This document shows, piece by piece, positions 1 to 7,632 of a stretch of DNA of 32,000 nt. The stretch lies in the NCBI GenBank assembly GCA_964630235.1, contig CAZVUO010000001.1, positions 603,201 through 635,200 on the forward strand, read 5' to 3'. The stretch comes from an uncultured bacterium (GTDB taxonomy: Bacteria; Oederibacteriota; JAAXVQ01; JAUVAV01). The notes beneath the pieces were generated by a model. It did no database searches and was not told the DNA's origin. It was given only the letters and a program-made list of their open reading frames with translations. A program made the translations under genes and the position numbers. Each line of letters starts with the position of its first letter. Position 1 is the first letter of the stretch.

Positions 1-28
1 CCGTACAACGCCCCGGATCAAGGGGCCC

Positions 29-721
29 TTGGATGTCAAACAATACCTCAACCGCCATATGCGGGGGCGAGACCTGTTCGACGAGGATTCCTGGCGCGTG
101 TTCCGTATCATGTCCGAATTCGTGGATGGGTTCGAACTTATGTCGAAGATCGGGCCGGCGGTGACCATTTTCGGCTCGGCTCGGGCGAAAACCGGAAGCC
201 GGGAATACCAGCTCGCCCGCGCCATCGCCGCCAAGCTCGCCAAGGCCGGGTTTGCCGTGATTACCGGCGGCGGGCCGGGGATCATGGAGGCGGCCAACCG
301 GGGCGCGTTCGAGGCCGGCGGCCTCTCCGTGGGGCTCAACATCGAACTGCCCGAGGAACAGCGCGTCAACCCCTACGTCAACCTGCCCCTGGGGTTCAGG
401 TATTTCTTTGTCCGCAAGGTTATGTTCATCAAATACGCTTCAGCCGCGGTGATCATGCCCGGCGGCATGGGCACCATGGACGAGTGTTTTGAGCTGATGA
501 CCCTCATCCAGACCGAAAAAGTACGGCCTTTCCCGGTGATCCTCGTGGGCGGCGACTACTGGCGCACTTTGCAGAAGTGGATGGAAAGCCAAATGATCAA
601 GCGAGGCATGCTGGCGGCCCGGGAGCTCAAGCTGTTCCGCATCCTGGACGATCCCGAGGCCATTGTCCGCGAGATTAAACGGCACCCTGGCTTGAAAGGC
701 AAGCGCAAGGAGAATTTCTGA
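29..721 (+). CDS. LOG family protein (TIGR00730-type, cytokinin riboside 5'-monophosphate phosphoribohydrolase-like)
   Basis: 230-aa ORF with FGSAR, GGGPGIMEA and PGGMGTMDE motifs typical of the LOG/YgdH family. The TTG start at 29 is uncertain; there is an in-frame ATG at 59. Confidence 0.85.
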   Translation: MDVKQYLNRHMRGRDLFDEDSWRVFRIMSEFVDGFELMSKIGPAVTIFGSARAKTGSREYQLARAIAAKLAKAGFAVITGGGPGIMEAANRGAFEAGGLSVGLNIELPEEQRVNPYVNLPLGFRYFFVRKVMFIKYASAAVIMPGGMGTMDECFELMTLIQTEKVRPFPVILVGGDYWRTLQKWMESQMIKRGMLAARELKLFRILDDPEAIVREIKRHPGLKGKRKENF

Positions 722-742
722 CGCCGGCAGGTTTGCGGCCAT

Positions 743-866
743 CCCCTCCGCAGGAGGGTGAATGCGGAATGATTGCTCCGGGGATGTCGCCAAGAGGAGG
801 TAACGAGGGGTGCAGTTGATACCCCGGGCCCTTCGGCCGGTGGGCTCCATGGTCGCGTGCCACGGA
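743..866 (+). repeat. Structured intergenic element, subfamily 1, copy A
   Basis: Core CCCCTCCGCAGGAGGGTGAATGCGGAAT..GCTCCGGGGATGTCGCCAAGAGG..CGAGGGGTG.AGTTG.TACCCCGG is shared almost verbatim with copies at 995 and 2248. Hairpin CCCTCC(744-749)/GGAGGG(753-758). Mini-ORF 762-803 (MRNDCSGDVAKRR, TAA stop). GC hairpin 824-840. Confidence 0.9.
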
Positions 867-932
867 AAGCCCCTAAAATACAGGATAAAACCGCAACTGC
901 CAGCCGCGGATCTGCCCGGCGCCAGTCTGACA

Positions 933-962
933 TTGACAGGGCCGCGCCGGTTTTGATAGGAT
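933..962 (+). promoter_or_regulatory. Putative sigma70-type promoter (TTGACA-N18-TAGGAT)
   Basis: Perfect -35 TTGACA at 933-938, an 18-nt spacer, and TAGGAT (4/6 match to TATAAT) at 957-962. It lies about 30 nt upstream of repeat copy B and the polyprenyl synthase gene. Pattern match only. Confidence 0.4.
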
Positions 963-994
963 GACTGCCTTATTTTGTCCTGCAACGCCACCAT

Positions 995-1127
995 CCCCTC
1001 CGCAGGAGGGTGAATGCGGAATCGCTGCTCCGGGGATGTCGCCAAGAAGGGGCAGCGAGGGTTGAAGTTGGTACCCCGGCCGTAGGTCCCTGTGGGAGCC
1101 CTTTGGCCAGGGGCTCGACCGCCTGGG
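995..1127 (+). repeat. Structured intergenic element, subfamily 1, copy B
   Basis: Same core as copies A and C. 9-bp stem CGCTGCTCC(1023-1031)/GGGGCAGCG(1049-1057). The mini-ORF starts at ATG 1014, but its stop codon position reads CAG, so it runs to TAG at 1083-1085 (23 aa). The 3' tail has diverged from A and C. Confidence 0.9.
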
Positions 1128-1165
1128 ATGCTGAGAAATCCGGTTTTATCCAAGCGAGGCTGAGC

Positions 1166-2125
1166 ATGGGTGCGCGAGGAGCGGTCCGGTTGTCTGCGCT
1201 GGCAAGGGTGGACCATCGGCTGCGGGGTTTTCTGCGCACGCCGGATCCGTGGCTGCGCCGGCTGCTGGGCATGGCCAGCCTGACCCGGGGCAAGCGCCTG
1301 CGGGCGCAGCTGACGCTCCTGGCCGCCAGGTTATGCGGCCGGGTGACTCCGGCGGCTTATCAGCTGGCCGCGGTGCTGGAACTGTTTCACGCCGCCACGC
1401 TTCTGCATGACGACGTGCTGGATGAGGCGAGCCGGCGCCGGCACCGGCGCACGCTCAACGACCACTTCGGCAACAGCGTGGCGGTACTGGCCGGCGACTA
1501 CCTGTTCACCCAGGTGATGCGGGTCGCGTTCGCCGAGCTGCCGCCGCGGGTCCAGACCGAACTGGCCCGCACCGCGCAGCAGGTTTGCCTGGGCGAGATC
1601 GCCGAACAGCGGTTCCGCGGCCGGGTGTCGCTGACCGCGCAGCAATACCAGCAGGTTATCGCGCAAAAGACCGCCAGCCTGTTCGCGGCCTGCGGCGCGG
1701 GCGGGGCCATGCTCGCGGACGCGACGCCCAGGCAGGTTGAGCGCTTGCGCTGTTTCGGGCTGAACGTGGGGCTGGCGTTTCAGATCCAGGATGACCTGCT
1801 GGACCTGACCAGCCGGCCTGGGCGTATCGGCAAACCCGTGGGCGCGGATTTCAAGGCCGGCTACCTGACCCTGCCTGTGATCCTGGGCTTGCGGCAGCTG
1901 CGTGTCCAGCGGCGCCAGGCGCTGCTGCGGGCCTTGCGCCAGGGCGAAGCCGGTTTATCCAAAGTGAGAAGCCTGCTGGCCGGCACCGAGGCCTTTGGCC
2001 GGACCGCGGCCGCGGCCCGGGATTTGGTCCAAACCGCGGAGCGCAGTCTGGACGGGTTTCCCGCCTCGCCGGCCAAGCGCCAGTTACTGGCTCTGGCCCG
2101 GCTGGCCGTGGAGCGCGACCGGTAA
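1166..2125 (+). CDS. Polyprenyl diphosphate synthase (trans-isoprenyl diphosphate synthase family)
   Basis: Two aspartate-rich motifs, LLHDDVLDE and FQIQDDLLDL, plus GKRLR near the N-terminus. The ORF track starts at GTG 1010, but that extension is repeat copy B. I place the start at in-frame ATG 1166. Chain-length specificity cannot be told from sequence. Confidence 0.85.
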   Translation: MGARGAVRLSALARVDHRLRGFLRTPDPWLRRLLGMASLTRGKRLRAQLTLLAARLCGRVTPAAYQLAAVLELFHAATLLHDDVLDEASRRRHRRTLNDHFGNSVAVLAGDYLFTQVMRVAFAELPPRVQTELARTAQQVCLGEIAEQRFRGRVSLTAQQYQQVIAQKTASLFAACGAGGAMLADATPRQVERLRCFGLNVGLAFQIQDDLLDLTSRPGRIGKPVGADFKAGYLTLPVILGLRQLRVQRRQALLRALRQGEAGLSKVRSLLAGTEAFGRTAAAARDLVQTAERSLDGFPASPAKRQLLALARLAVERDR

Positions 2126-2247
2126 CACCGTATCCGGGCATTGTTCTTTGATGTCATCGCGAGGAGCCCTGTTTTAGTCGGCGGGCGACGAAGCGATCTC
2201 GCGCTGGGTGCAGAACCCCTGATAAACGGGATGGCCACGCTCCCTTT

Positions 2248-2372
2248 CCCCTCCGCAGGAGAGTGAATGCGGAATCGCTGCTCCGGGGATGTCGCCAAGA
2301 GGGGGTAGCGAGGGGTGAAGTTGGTACCCCGGGCTTTGCCCGGGGGGGGCTCCCTGGTCGCTCGCAGTGACC
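2248..2372 (+). repeat. Structured intergenic element, subfamily 1, copy C
   Basis: Same core as A and B. Mini-ORF 2267-2308 (MRNRCSGDVAKRG, TAG stop). Hairpin CCCCGGG-CTTTG-CCCGGGG at 2327-2345. Tail GGGCTCCCTGGTCGC matches the tail of copy A. Ends about 50 nt upstream of the nuoA start. Confidence 0.9.
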
Positions 2373-2423
2373 GATACGAGGGATTATTTAGCCTAAAGGC
2401 CGCACAATAGAGGAGTCGTTCCC

Positions 2424-2786
2424 TTGACCACCCTCGGTCCTTACAGTACGATCGTGATCGCCCTGGTCATCGGCCTGGCGTGCCTGATCGCCGGCGCCTG
2501 GGCTTCCTGGTTTTTCCGGCCCATGAACCCCACGCCCGTGAAGCTGGAGCCGTACGAGTGCGGGGAACCCACCGTTGGTCCGGCCTGGGTGCGCTTCCGT
2601 CCCATGTTCTATTTGGTGGCCCTGGTGTTCGTCATTTTCGACGTGGAAGCCATCTTCTTGTTTCCCTGGGCCGTGGCGTTTGTCCACCTGGGCTGGCCGG
2701 CCCTGCTGGAGATGACGGTGTTCATCGCAATCCTTCTGCTGGGACTGGCCTATGCCTGGCGCAAAGGAGCTTTGCAGTGGCGGTAG
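2424..2786 (+). CDS. nuoA: NADH-quinone oxidoreductase subunit A
   Basis: 120 aa, three hydrophobic segments, and the EPYECGEP motif. TTG start lies 8 nt after GGAG (2412-2415). Confidence 0.9.
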   Translation: MTTLGPYSTIVIALVIGLACLIAGAWASWFFRPMNPTPVKLEPYECGEPTVGPAWVRFRPMFYLVALVFVIFDVEAIFLFPWAVAFVHLGWPALLEMTVFIAILLLGLAYAWRKGALQWR

Positions 2787-3313
2787 TGGATAAGTGGGTC
2801 GGTTGGGTGGAGAAGTTCCCCGGAGGCGGCATCGCGCTCACCACCGCGGAATTCTTTATCAACTGGGGGCGCAAGAACTCCCTGTGGCCGCTCACCTTCG
2901 GCCTCTCCTGCTGCGCCATCGAGATGTTCTGCACCGGCGCGCCCCGCTTCGACTGGGCCCGTCTGGGCAACGAAGTGCTGCGGGCTTCGCCCCGGCAGGC
3001 GGACATGATGGTGGTGGCGGGAACGGTCTGCTGGAAAATGGCGCCGCGCCTCGTGCGGCTGTATGAACAGCTGGCCGAGCCCAAGTACGTGATCGCCATG
3101 GGCGCTTGCGCGGTCTCGGGCGGCCCGTTTACTTATGATTCCTACGGAACCGTGCGGGGGGTGGACCAGCTGATCCCCGTGGACGTCTATCTGCCCGGCT
3201 GTCCGCCGCGGCCCGAAGCCCTGCTGGACGCGGTTCTGGCCCTGGAGAAAAAAATTTCGCGCGAACGCCTGCCCGGCCGCAAACCTTTGGAGCAACCCGC
3301 AGATGCCCGATAG
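2777..3313 (+). CDS. nuoB: NADH-quinone oxidoreductase subunit B
   Basis: [19 protein letters not shown] and [11 protein letters not shown] (N2 cluster ligand motifs). GTG 2777 was chosen because AAAGGAG lies at 2764-2770; GTG 2786 is an alternative. The upstream part of track ORF 2480.. overlaps nuoA and is rejected. Confidence 0.9.
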   Translation: MAVVDKWVGWVEKFPGGGIALTTAEFFINWGRKNSLWPLTFGLSCCAIEMFCTGAPRFDWARLGNEVLRASPRQADMMVVAGTVCWKMAPRLVRLYEQLAEPKYVIAMGACAVSGGPFTYDSYGTVRGVDQLIPVDVYLPGCPPRPEALLDAVLALEKKISRERLPGRKPLEQPADAR

Positions 3314-3770
3314 TCTGGTTGTACAGCTGCAAGCCGCGTTTCCCGGCGCCCAGGTCAGCGAGCAGGGCGGGTTCGGCCCGCTCCTGCAGCTCGCCTCGGC
3401 CGACGCCCTGCCCGCGGCCTGCGCGACCCTTGCCAGCCAGCCTGAGTGCGGCTGGGATGTCATCGAGGATTACACGGCCCGCGACCTTGGAGGCGCCTTT
3501 GAACTGGTGCTGCACCTGGTCTCCGGGGCGGACATCCGGCGCCGGCTGACGGTGAAAGCGCCGGTTCCCCGGGACGCGGCCCAGGCGCCGAGCCTGGTGG
3601 GGCGCTTCGGCTGCGCCGAGTGGTACGAACGGGAGATTTTCGACCTCTTCGGCATCCGCTTCAGCGGCCACCCGGACCTGCGCCGGATCCTGCTGCCCGA
3701 AGACTGGAACGGCCACCCGCTGCGCAAAGACTATCAAGACGCGCGCCTGCTCAAGCGCGCGGGGAACTGA
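3303..3770 (+). CDS. nuoC: NADH-quinone oxidoreductase subunit C
   Basis: 155 aa with [36 protein letters not shown] (30-kDa subunit signature). The start overlaps the nuoB stop. Confidence 0.9.
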   Translation: MPDSLVVQLQAAFPGAQVSEQGGFGPLLQLASADALPAACATLASQPECGWDVIEDYTARDLGGAFELVLHLVSGADIRRRLTVKAPVPRDAAQAPSLVGRFGCAEWYEREIFDLFGIRFSGHPDLRRILLPEDWNGHPLRKDYQDARLLKRAGN

Positions 3771-3771
3771 C

Positions 3772-4911
3772 ATGACCCCGCCGACCCCGCCGCTGCCCCT
3801 GGAACACGCCCCGGCCCTGGCCACCGAGACCCTCACCCTCAACATGGGCCCTCAGCATCCCAGCACCCACGGCGCCATGCGCCTGATCCTGAAGCTGGAC
3901 GGCGAACGCGTGGTGTCGGCCCAGCCGGATTTCGGGTACGTGCACCGCGGCATGGAAAAAATGGGCGAAGCCCTGACCTATTCCCAGTACATTTACCTGA
4001 CGGACCGTCTGGATTATCTCTCGGCCATGCTCAACGAGTGGTCGTACTGCCTGGCCTGCGAAGCCCTGGCCGGCATCCAGGTGCCGCGCCGGGCCGAATA
4101 CCTGCGCGTGATCGCGGGCGAACTCTGCCGGCTGAGCAGCCATCTGGTATGGTTGGGCAGCATGGGCATGGACCTGGGCGCGTTCACGCCGCTGACCTAC
4201 ACCTTCCGCGAGCGCGAGATGATCCTGGACCTGTTCGACTCACTCTGCGGCCAGCGCATGACCTTCAATTATTTCCGCATCGGCGGCGTGGTCCGGGACC
4301 TGCCGGCCGGGTTCGCGGACCAGGCCCGCGCCTTCCTGCGCTATTTCGAAAAACTGCCGGACATCTACGACCAATTGCTCTCGGACAACGCCATCTTCCT
4401 GGAACGCATGCGCGGCGTGGGGCGCCTGGACGCAGCCCTGGCCCGCTCCCACGCGGTCACCGGCCCCACCCTGCGCGGTTCGGGCGTGGCTCTGGACCTG
4501 CGGCGCAGCGAGCCGTATTCCGTTTACCCGGAATTCCAATTCGACGTGGTCACCCGGCCCGAGGGCGACGCGCTGGCCCGCTATCGCGTGCGCGTGGAGG
4601 AACTGCGCCAGAGCAGCCGCATCGTGGCCCAGGCCCTGGACGGCCTGCCCGCGGGCGACATCCTGGCGAAGGTCCCGCGGGTGTTCAAACCGCCCGTGGG
4701 CGAGGCCTACGCCCGCGTGGAATCCTCGCGCGGCATCCAGGGGTTTTATCTGGTTTCCGACGGCACGCCCAAACCCTCGCGCTGCCGCATCCGCGTGCCC
4801 AGTTTCGCCAATTTGTCCGTGCTGCCCCTGCTCCTGTCCGGCGTGAAGGTGGCCGACGTGGTGGCGATCCTCGGCAGCCTGGATTTCATCGTGCCGGAGA
4901 TTGACCGATGA
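3772..4911 (+). CDS. nuoD: NADH-quinone oxidoreductase subunit D
   Basis: 379 aa. LNMGPQHPSTHG near the N-terminus and C-terminal LGSLDFIVPEIDR, typical of the 49-kDa subunit. Confidence 0.92.
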   Translation: MTPPTPPLPLEHAPALATETLTLNMGPQHPSTHGAMRLILKLDGERVVSAQPDFGYVHRGMEKMGEALTYSQYIYLTDRLDYLSAMLNEWSYCLACEALAGIQVPRRAEYLRVIAGELCRLSSHLVWLGSMGMDLGAFTPLTYTFREREMILDLFDSLCGQRMTFNYFRIGGVVRDLPAGFADQARAFLRYFEKLPDIYDQLLSDNAIFLERMRGVGRLDAALARSHAVTGPTLRGSGVALDLRRSEPYSVYPEFQFDVVTRPEGDALARYRVRVEELRQSSRIVAQALDGLPAGDILAKVPRVFKPPVGEAYARVESSRGIQGFYLVSDGTPKPSRCRIRVPSFANLSVLPLLLSGVKVADVVAILGSLDFIVPEIDR

Positions 4912-5951
4912 GACTCCTGCCCGAAACCGCGGAATGGATCCGGATCAGCCGCGAGGGGCTCATGTCCCTCGCGTCCTCCCTGGGACTGGCTCCGGTGGTC
5001 GGCGAGGCCGCGGGCGCGGTCGTGCTCATGTTCGCGCTGTTCGGCCTGTGCGCCGTGGCGGTCATGGTTTTGGTGTACGGCGAGCGAAAAATCTCAGCTC
5101 ACATGCAGGCCCGGCTGGGTCCCATGCGCGTGGGCTGGCACGGCCTCCTGCAGCTCTTCGCCGACACCATCAAGCTCATCATCAAGGAGAGCGAGATCCC
5201 CCGCGCGGCGGAACGCGGCCTCTACCGCGCCGCGCCCTACGTGGTGTTCGTGGCCGGGTTCCTGGCCCTGGTCGCGCTGCCCTGGGACCGCGGGGTGGCG
5301 CCGGTCCAGCTCAACGTGGGCCTGCTGTACCTGCTCGCGGTAGGTACACCCGGGGTCCTGGGCATCCTGATCGCGGGCTGGAGCTCGGGCAACAAGTACT
5401 CCCTGCTGGGCGGCTTGCGATGCGCGGCGCAGATGATCAGTTTCGAAGTGCCGCTCGTGCTCTCGCTCCTGGGCGTGGTCATGCTGGCGCAGACCCTGGA
5501 CCTGCAGGGCCTGGTGGCCGGCCAGGCGCGCTGGCCTTACATTCTCCTGCAGCCGATCGGGTTCCTGGTGTTCCTGACCGCGGCCGTGGCCGAGACCAAC
5601 CGCAATCCTTTCGACATTCCGGAAGCGGAGTCCGAGCTGACCGCCGGCTTCCATACCGAATACGGCGGCATCCGCTTCGCGTATTTTTACCTGGCCGAGT
5701 ACGTGAACATGCTCGTGCTCTCCATGCTCGGGGCCACGCTGTTCCTCGGCGGCTGGCAGGGCCCGTGGCTGCCGGGCTGGTTCTGGATGCTGGCCAAGAC
5801 CGGCGCCATCCTGTTCCTGTTCTACTGGTTCCGCTGGACGTTTCCCCGGGTGCGTTCGGACCAACTCATGGACCTGAGCTGGAAGGTGCTGACGCCCCTG
5901 GCGTTCTTGAACATCCTGGTGACCGGCTTGGTGCTGGTCTTAATTAAATAA
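4908..5951 (+). CDS. nuoH: NADH-quinone oxidoreductase subunit H
   Basis: 347 aa polytopic membrane protein with YGERKISAHMQARLGP and EAESELTAGFHTEYGG motifs. ATGA overlap with the nuoD stop. Confidence 0.92.
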   Translation: MRLLPETAEWIRISREGLMSLASSLGLAPVVGEAAGAVVLMFALFGLCAVAVMVLVYGERKISAHMQARLGPMRVGWHGLLQLFADTIKLIIKESEIPRAAERGLYRAAPYVVFVAGFLALVALPWDRGVAPVQLNVGLLYLLAVGTPGVLGILIAGWSSGNKYSLLGGLRCAAQMISFEVPLVLSLLGVVMLAQTLDLQGLVAGQARWPYILLQPIGFLVFLTAAVAETNRNPFDIPEAESELTAGFHTEYGGIRFAYFYLAEYVNMLVLSMLGATLFLGGWQGPWLPGWFWMLAKTGAILFLFYWFRWTFPRVRSDQLMDLSWKVLTPLAFLNILVTGLVLVLIK

Positions 5952-5953
5952 TT

Positions 5954-5981
5954 GCGGGGGCGTCCGGCCGGACGCCCCCGC
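5954..5981. other. Perfect 28-nt palindrome (14-bp arms) in the nuoH-nuoI spacer
   Basis: GCGGGGGCGTCCGG|CCGGACGCCCCCGC. The right half is the exact reverse complement of the left. It starts 3 nt after the nuoH stop, and no U-tract follows. Confidence 0.6.
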
Positions 5982-5996
5982 GAATTGGAAAAGGAC

Positions 5997-6491
5997 ATGT
6001 CGCAATCGATCTTTTCCGAATCCTGGAACGCGGGCGCGAGCCTGGTCAAGGGCCTGTGGGTGACCCTGCGCCAGCTCTTCGCCAAGCCGTTCACCGTGCA
6101 GTACCCGGAGGAGCGCCTGACCTGGCCGGCGCGCAGCCGCGGCCGGCTGGTGCTGCCCCGGGACCCGGCGACCGGCAAGGACCGCTGCACGGCCTGCCTG
6201 CTGTGCCAGCGCACGTGCCCCAACGGTTCGATCGAGATCACGGTCGCGGCCAACGAGGCGGGGAAGCGGTACGCGGGAGATTTTCTGCATCACCTGGACC
6301 GCTGTTCCTTTTGCGGCCTGTGCACCGAGGTCTGCCCCTTCGACGCCCTGCGCATGTCGCACGAGCACGAGCTGGCGGTGTGGGACAAGGCGCGGCTGAA
6401 ACGGCATCTGCAGGCTGAACCCCTGATGTTCGGGGAAGCGTGGGACGGCGGGCTGCCGCAGCCCGCGGCCGGAAAGGCGAAAGACGCATGA
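5997..6491 (+). CDS. nuoI: NADH-quinone oxidoreductase subunit I
   Basis: Two 4Fe-4S ferredoxin motifs, CTACLLCQRTCP and CSFCGLCTEVCP. ATG 5997 follows GGAAAAGGA. The track start at 5952 would read through the palindrome. Confidence 0.9.
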   Translation: MSQSIFSESWNAGASLVKGLWVTLRQLFAKPFTVQYPEERLTWPARSRGRLVLPRDPATGKDRCTACLLCQRTCPNGSIEITVAANEAGKRYAGDFLHHLDRCSFCGLCTEVCPFDALRMSHEHELAVWDKARLKRHLQAEPLMFGEAWDGGLPQPAAGKAKDA

Positions 6492-6982
6492 CCGCGACGG
6501 CCGTGGGATTCTGCCTCTTGAGCGCCGTGGCCGTGATCGCGGCCATTGTCCTGGTGGCCAGCCGCAACGTGTGGCACGCGGTCCTGGCCCTGGCCGTGGT
6601 CAGCCTGGCCGTGGCCGGCCTGATGCTGACCGTGTCCGCGGAATTCCTCGCCTTCGTGCTGGTCCTGGTCTACGTGGGCGCGGTGGTGGTGCTGGCGGTC
6701 TTTGCGATCCTGCTCACCGGCCATTTCGGCCGGAGCGCGCTGCCCAGCAGCAACGAGCTGACCGTGCTGGGCGGGCTCACGACCCTGGCGCTGACCGCGC
6801 TGGTGGCCGGGGTGCTCCTGGCCCAGCCCGGCGCCTCGGCCTCGGCCAAAGGCCAGTTCACGGTGCGGCAGCTGGGCGAGCTCCTGCTCGGGCCGTTCGT
6901 CCTGCCCTTCGAACTGGTATCCGTGCTGCTGCTCGCGGCGCTGGTGGGCGCGATCGTCATCGCACGCGGGAAGGAGGATTGA
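6488..6982 (+). CDS. nuoJ: NADH-quinone oxidoreductase subunit J
   Basis: Hydrophobic 164-aa product (MTATAVGFCLLSAVAVIAAI...). ATG 6488 overlaps the nuoI stop. Assignment also rests on its position between nuoI and nuoK. Confidence 0.85.
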   Translation: MTATAVGFCLLSAVAVIAAIVLVASRNVWHAVLALAVVSLAVAGLMLTVSAEFLAFVLVLVYVGAVVVLAVFAILLTGHFGRSALPSSNELTVLGGLTTLALTALVAGVLLAQPGASASAKGQFTVRQLGELLLGPFVLPFELVSVLLLAALVGAIVIARGKED

Positions 6983-6984
6983 AC

Positions 6985-7293
6985 ATGCCCGCTCTCGGCC
7001 TGGAACATTACCTCCTGGTCTCCAGCCTGCTGTTCGGTCTGGGTCTGTTCGGCGCGGTTACGCGGCGGCATGCCGTGGCCCTGCTGCTCTCCGTGGAGCT
7101 GATCATGCTGGCCGTGGCCCTCAACTTCGCGGCCGCTTCCCATTACCTGGGCCACGCGGCCGGCCAGGTCTTCGCGGTCTTTGTCATTACCGTGGCCGCG
7201 GCCGAGGCCGCGGTCGGACTGGCCGTGGTGATCGCCATTTACCGCACGCAGCAGGACGCGGACCTCGACCGTCTGAACATCCTGCAGGGTTGA
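6985..7293 (+). CDS. nuoK: NADH-quinone oxidoreductase subunit K
   Basis: 102 aa with three TM segments. Contains MPALGLEHYLLVSSLLFGLGLFG and SVELIMLAV..ITVAAAEAAVGLA, typical of NuoK. The upstream part of track ORF 6571.. is an out-of-context extension. Confidence 0.9.
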   Translation: MPALGLEHYLLVSSLLFGLGLFGAVTRRHAVALLLSVELIMLAVALNFAAASHYLGHAAGQVFAVFVITVAAAEAAVGLAVVIAIYRTQQDADLDRLNILQG

Positions 7294-7316
7294 TCCTGAT
7301 ACGGGAGGCTTGACCG

Positions 7317-7577
7317 ATGAAAACGTTCACGGGCACGACCTGGAAATGGTTCGCGGGTTTGTTCATGGCCGGCGCGGGGTTGGTCTGTTTGGCCGCGGGG
7401 TGCTGCACGCCGCAGCGCTGGACCGAGGGGGATCCCCAGCAACCCACGCCCCTGCCCACGCCGATCGTTCTGGAGCGGATCGAGATCGGCATCGGGACCA
7501 CTGTAACTGCCGAAGCAGTGGCCACGACCGTGAACGCCGAAGGCTCAGGGAACACGACCGGCGCGGCAGGGCAATGA
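7317..7577 (+). CDS. Small predicted lipoprotein, function unknown
   Basis: 86-aa ORF. GGGAGG lies 7 nt upstream of the ATG. N-terminal hydrophobic segment followed by lipobox LAAG|C. The mature part is rich in Pro, Thr, Gly and Ala. I recognise no homology. Confidence 0.55.
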   Translation: MKTFTGTTWKWFAGLFMAGAGLVCLAAGCCTPQRWTEGDPQQPTPLPTPIVLERIEIGIGTTVTAEAVATTVNAEGSGNTTGAAGQ

Positions 7578-7632
7578 ACGGGAAGCCCAGCGTCTGGGGA
7601 GTCATCAGAGGGAACCGGATGGAGAAACGTAA

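Noticed and set aside
743-760. The CCCTCC-GCA-GGAGGG hairpin just after the LOG gene as a rho-independent terminator.
   Set aside because: No U-tract follows on either strand. The same hairpin recurs as the 5' end of every subfamily-1 element, including copies that are not at gene ends.
1010-1165. N-terminal 52-codon extension of the polyprenyl synthase ORF (track start GTG 1010).
   Set aside because: The extension is repeat copy B read in frame. The GTG directly abuts the AGGAGG, leaving no spacer. The equivalent frame is closed by a stop in copy A. Homologous synthases begin near the region following ATG 1166.
4038-5947. Alternative + strand frames inside nuoD and nuoH (4038-4904, 4901-5947), inside nuoM (9550-11073), and others inside nuoL and nuoN.
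   Set aside because: These are out-of-frame overlaps of well-supported nuo genes. The products are Arg/Pro/Gly-rich with no motifs.
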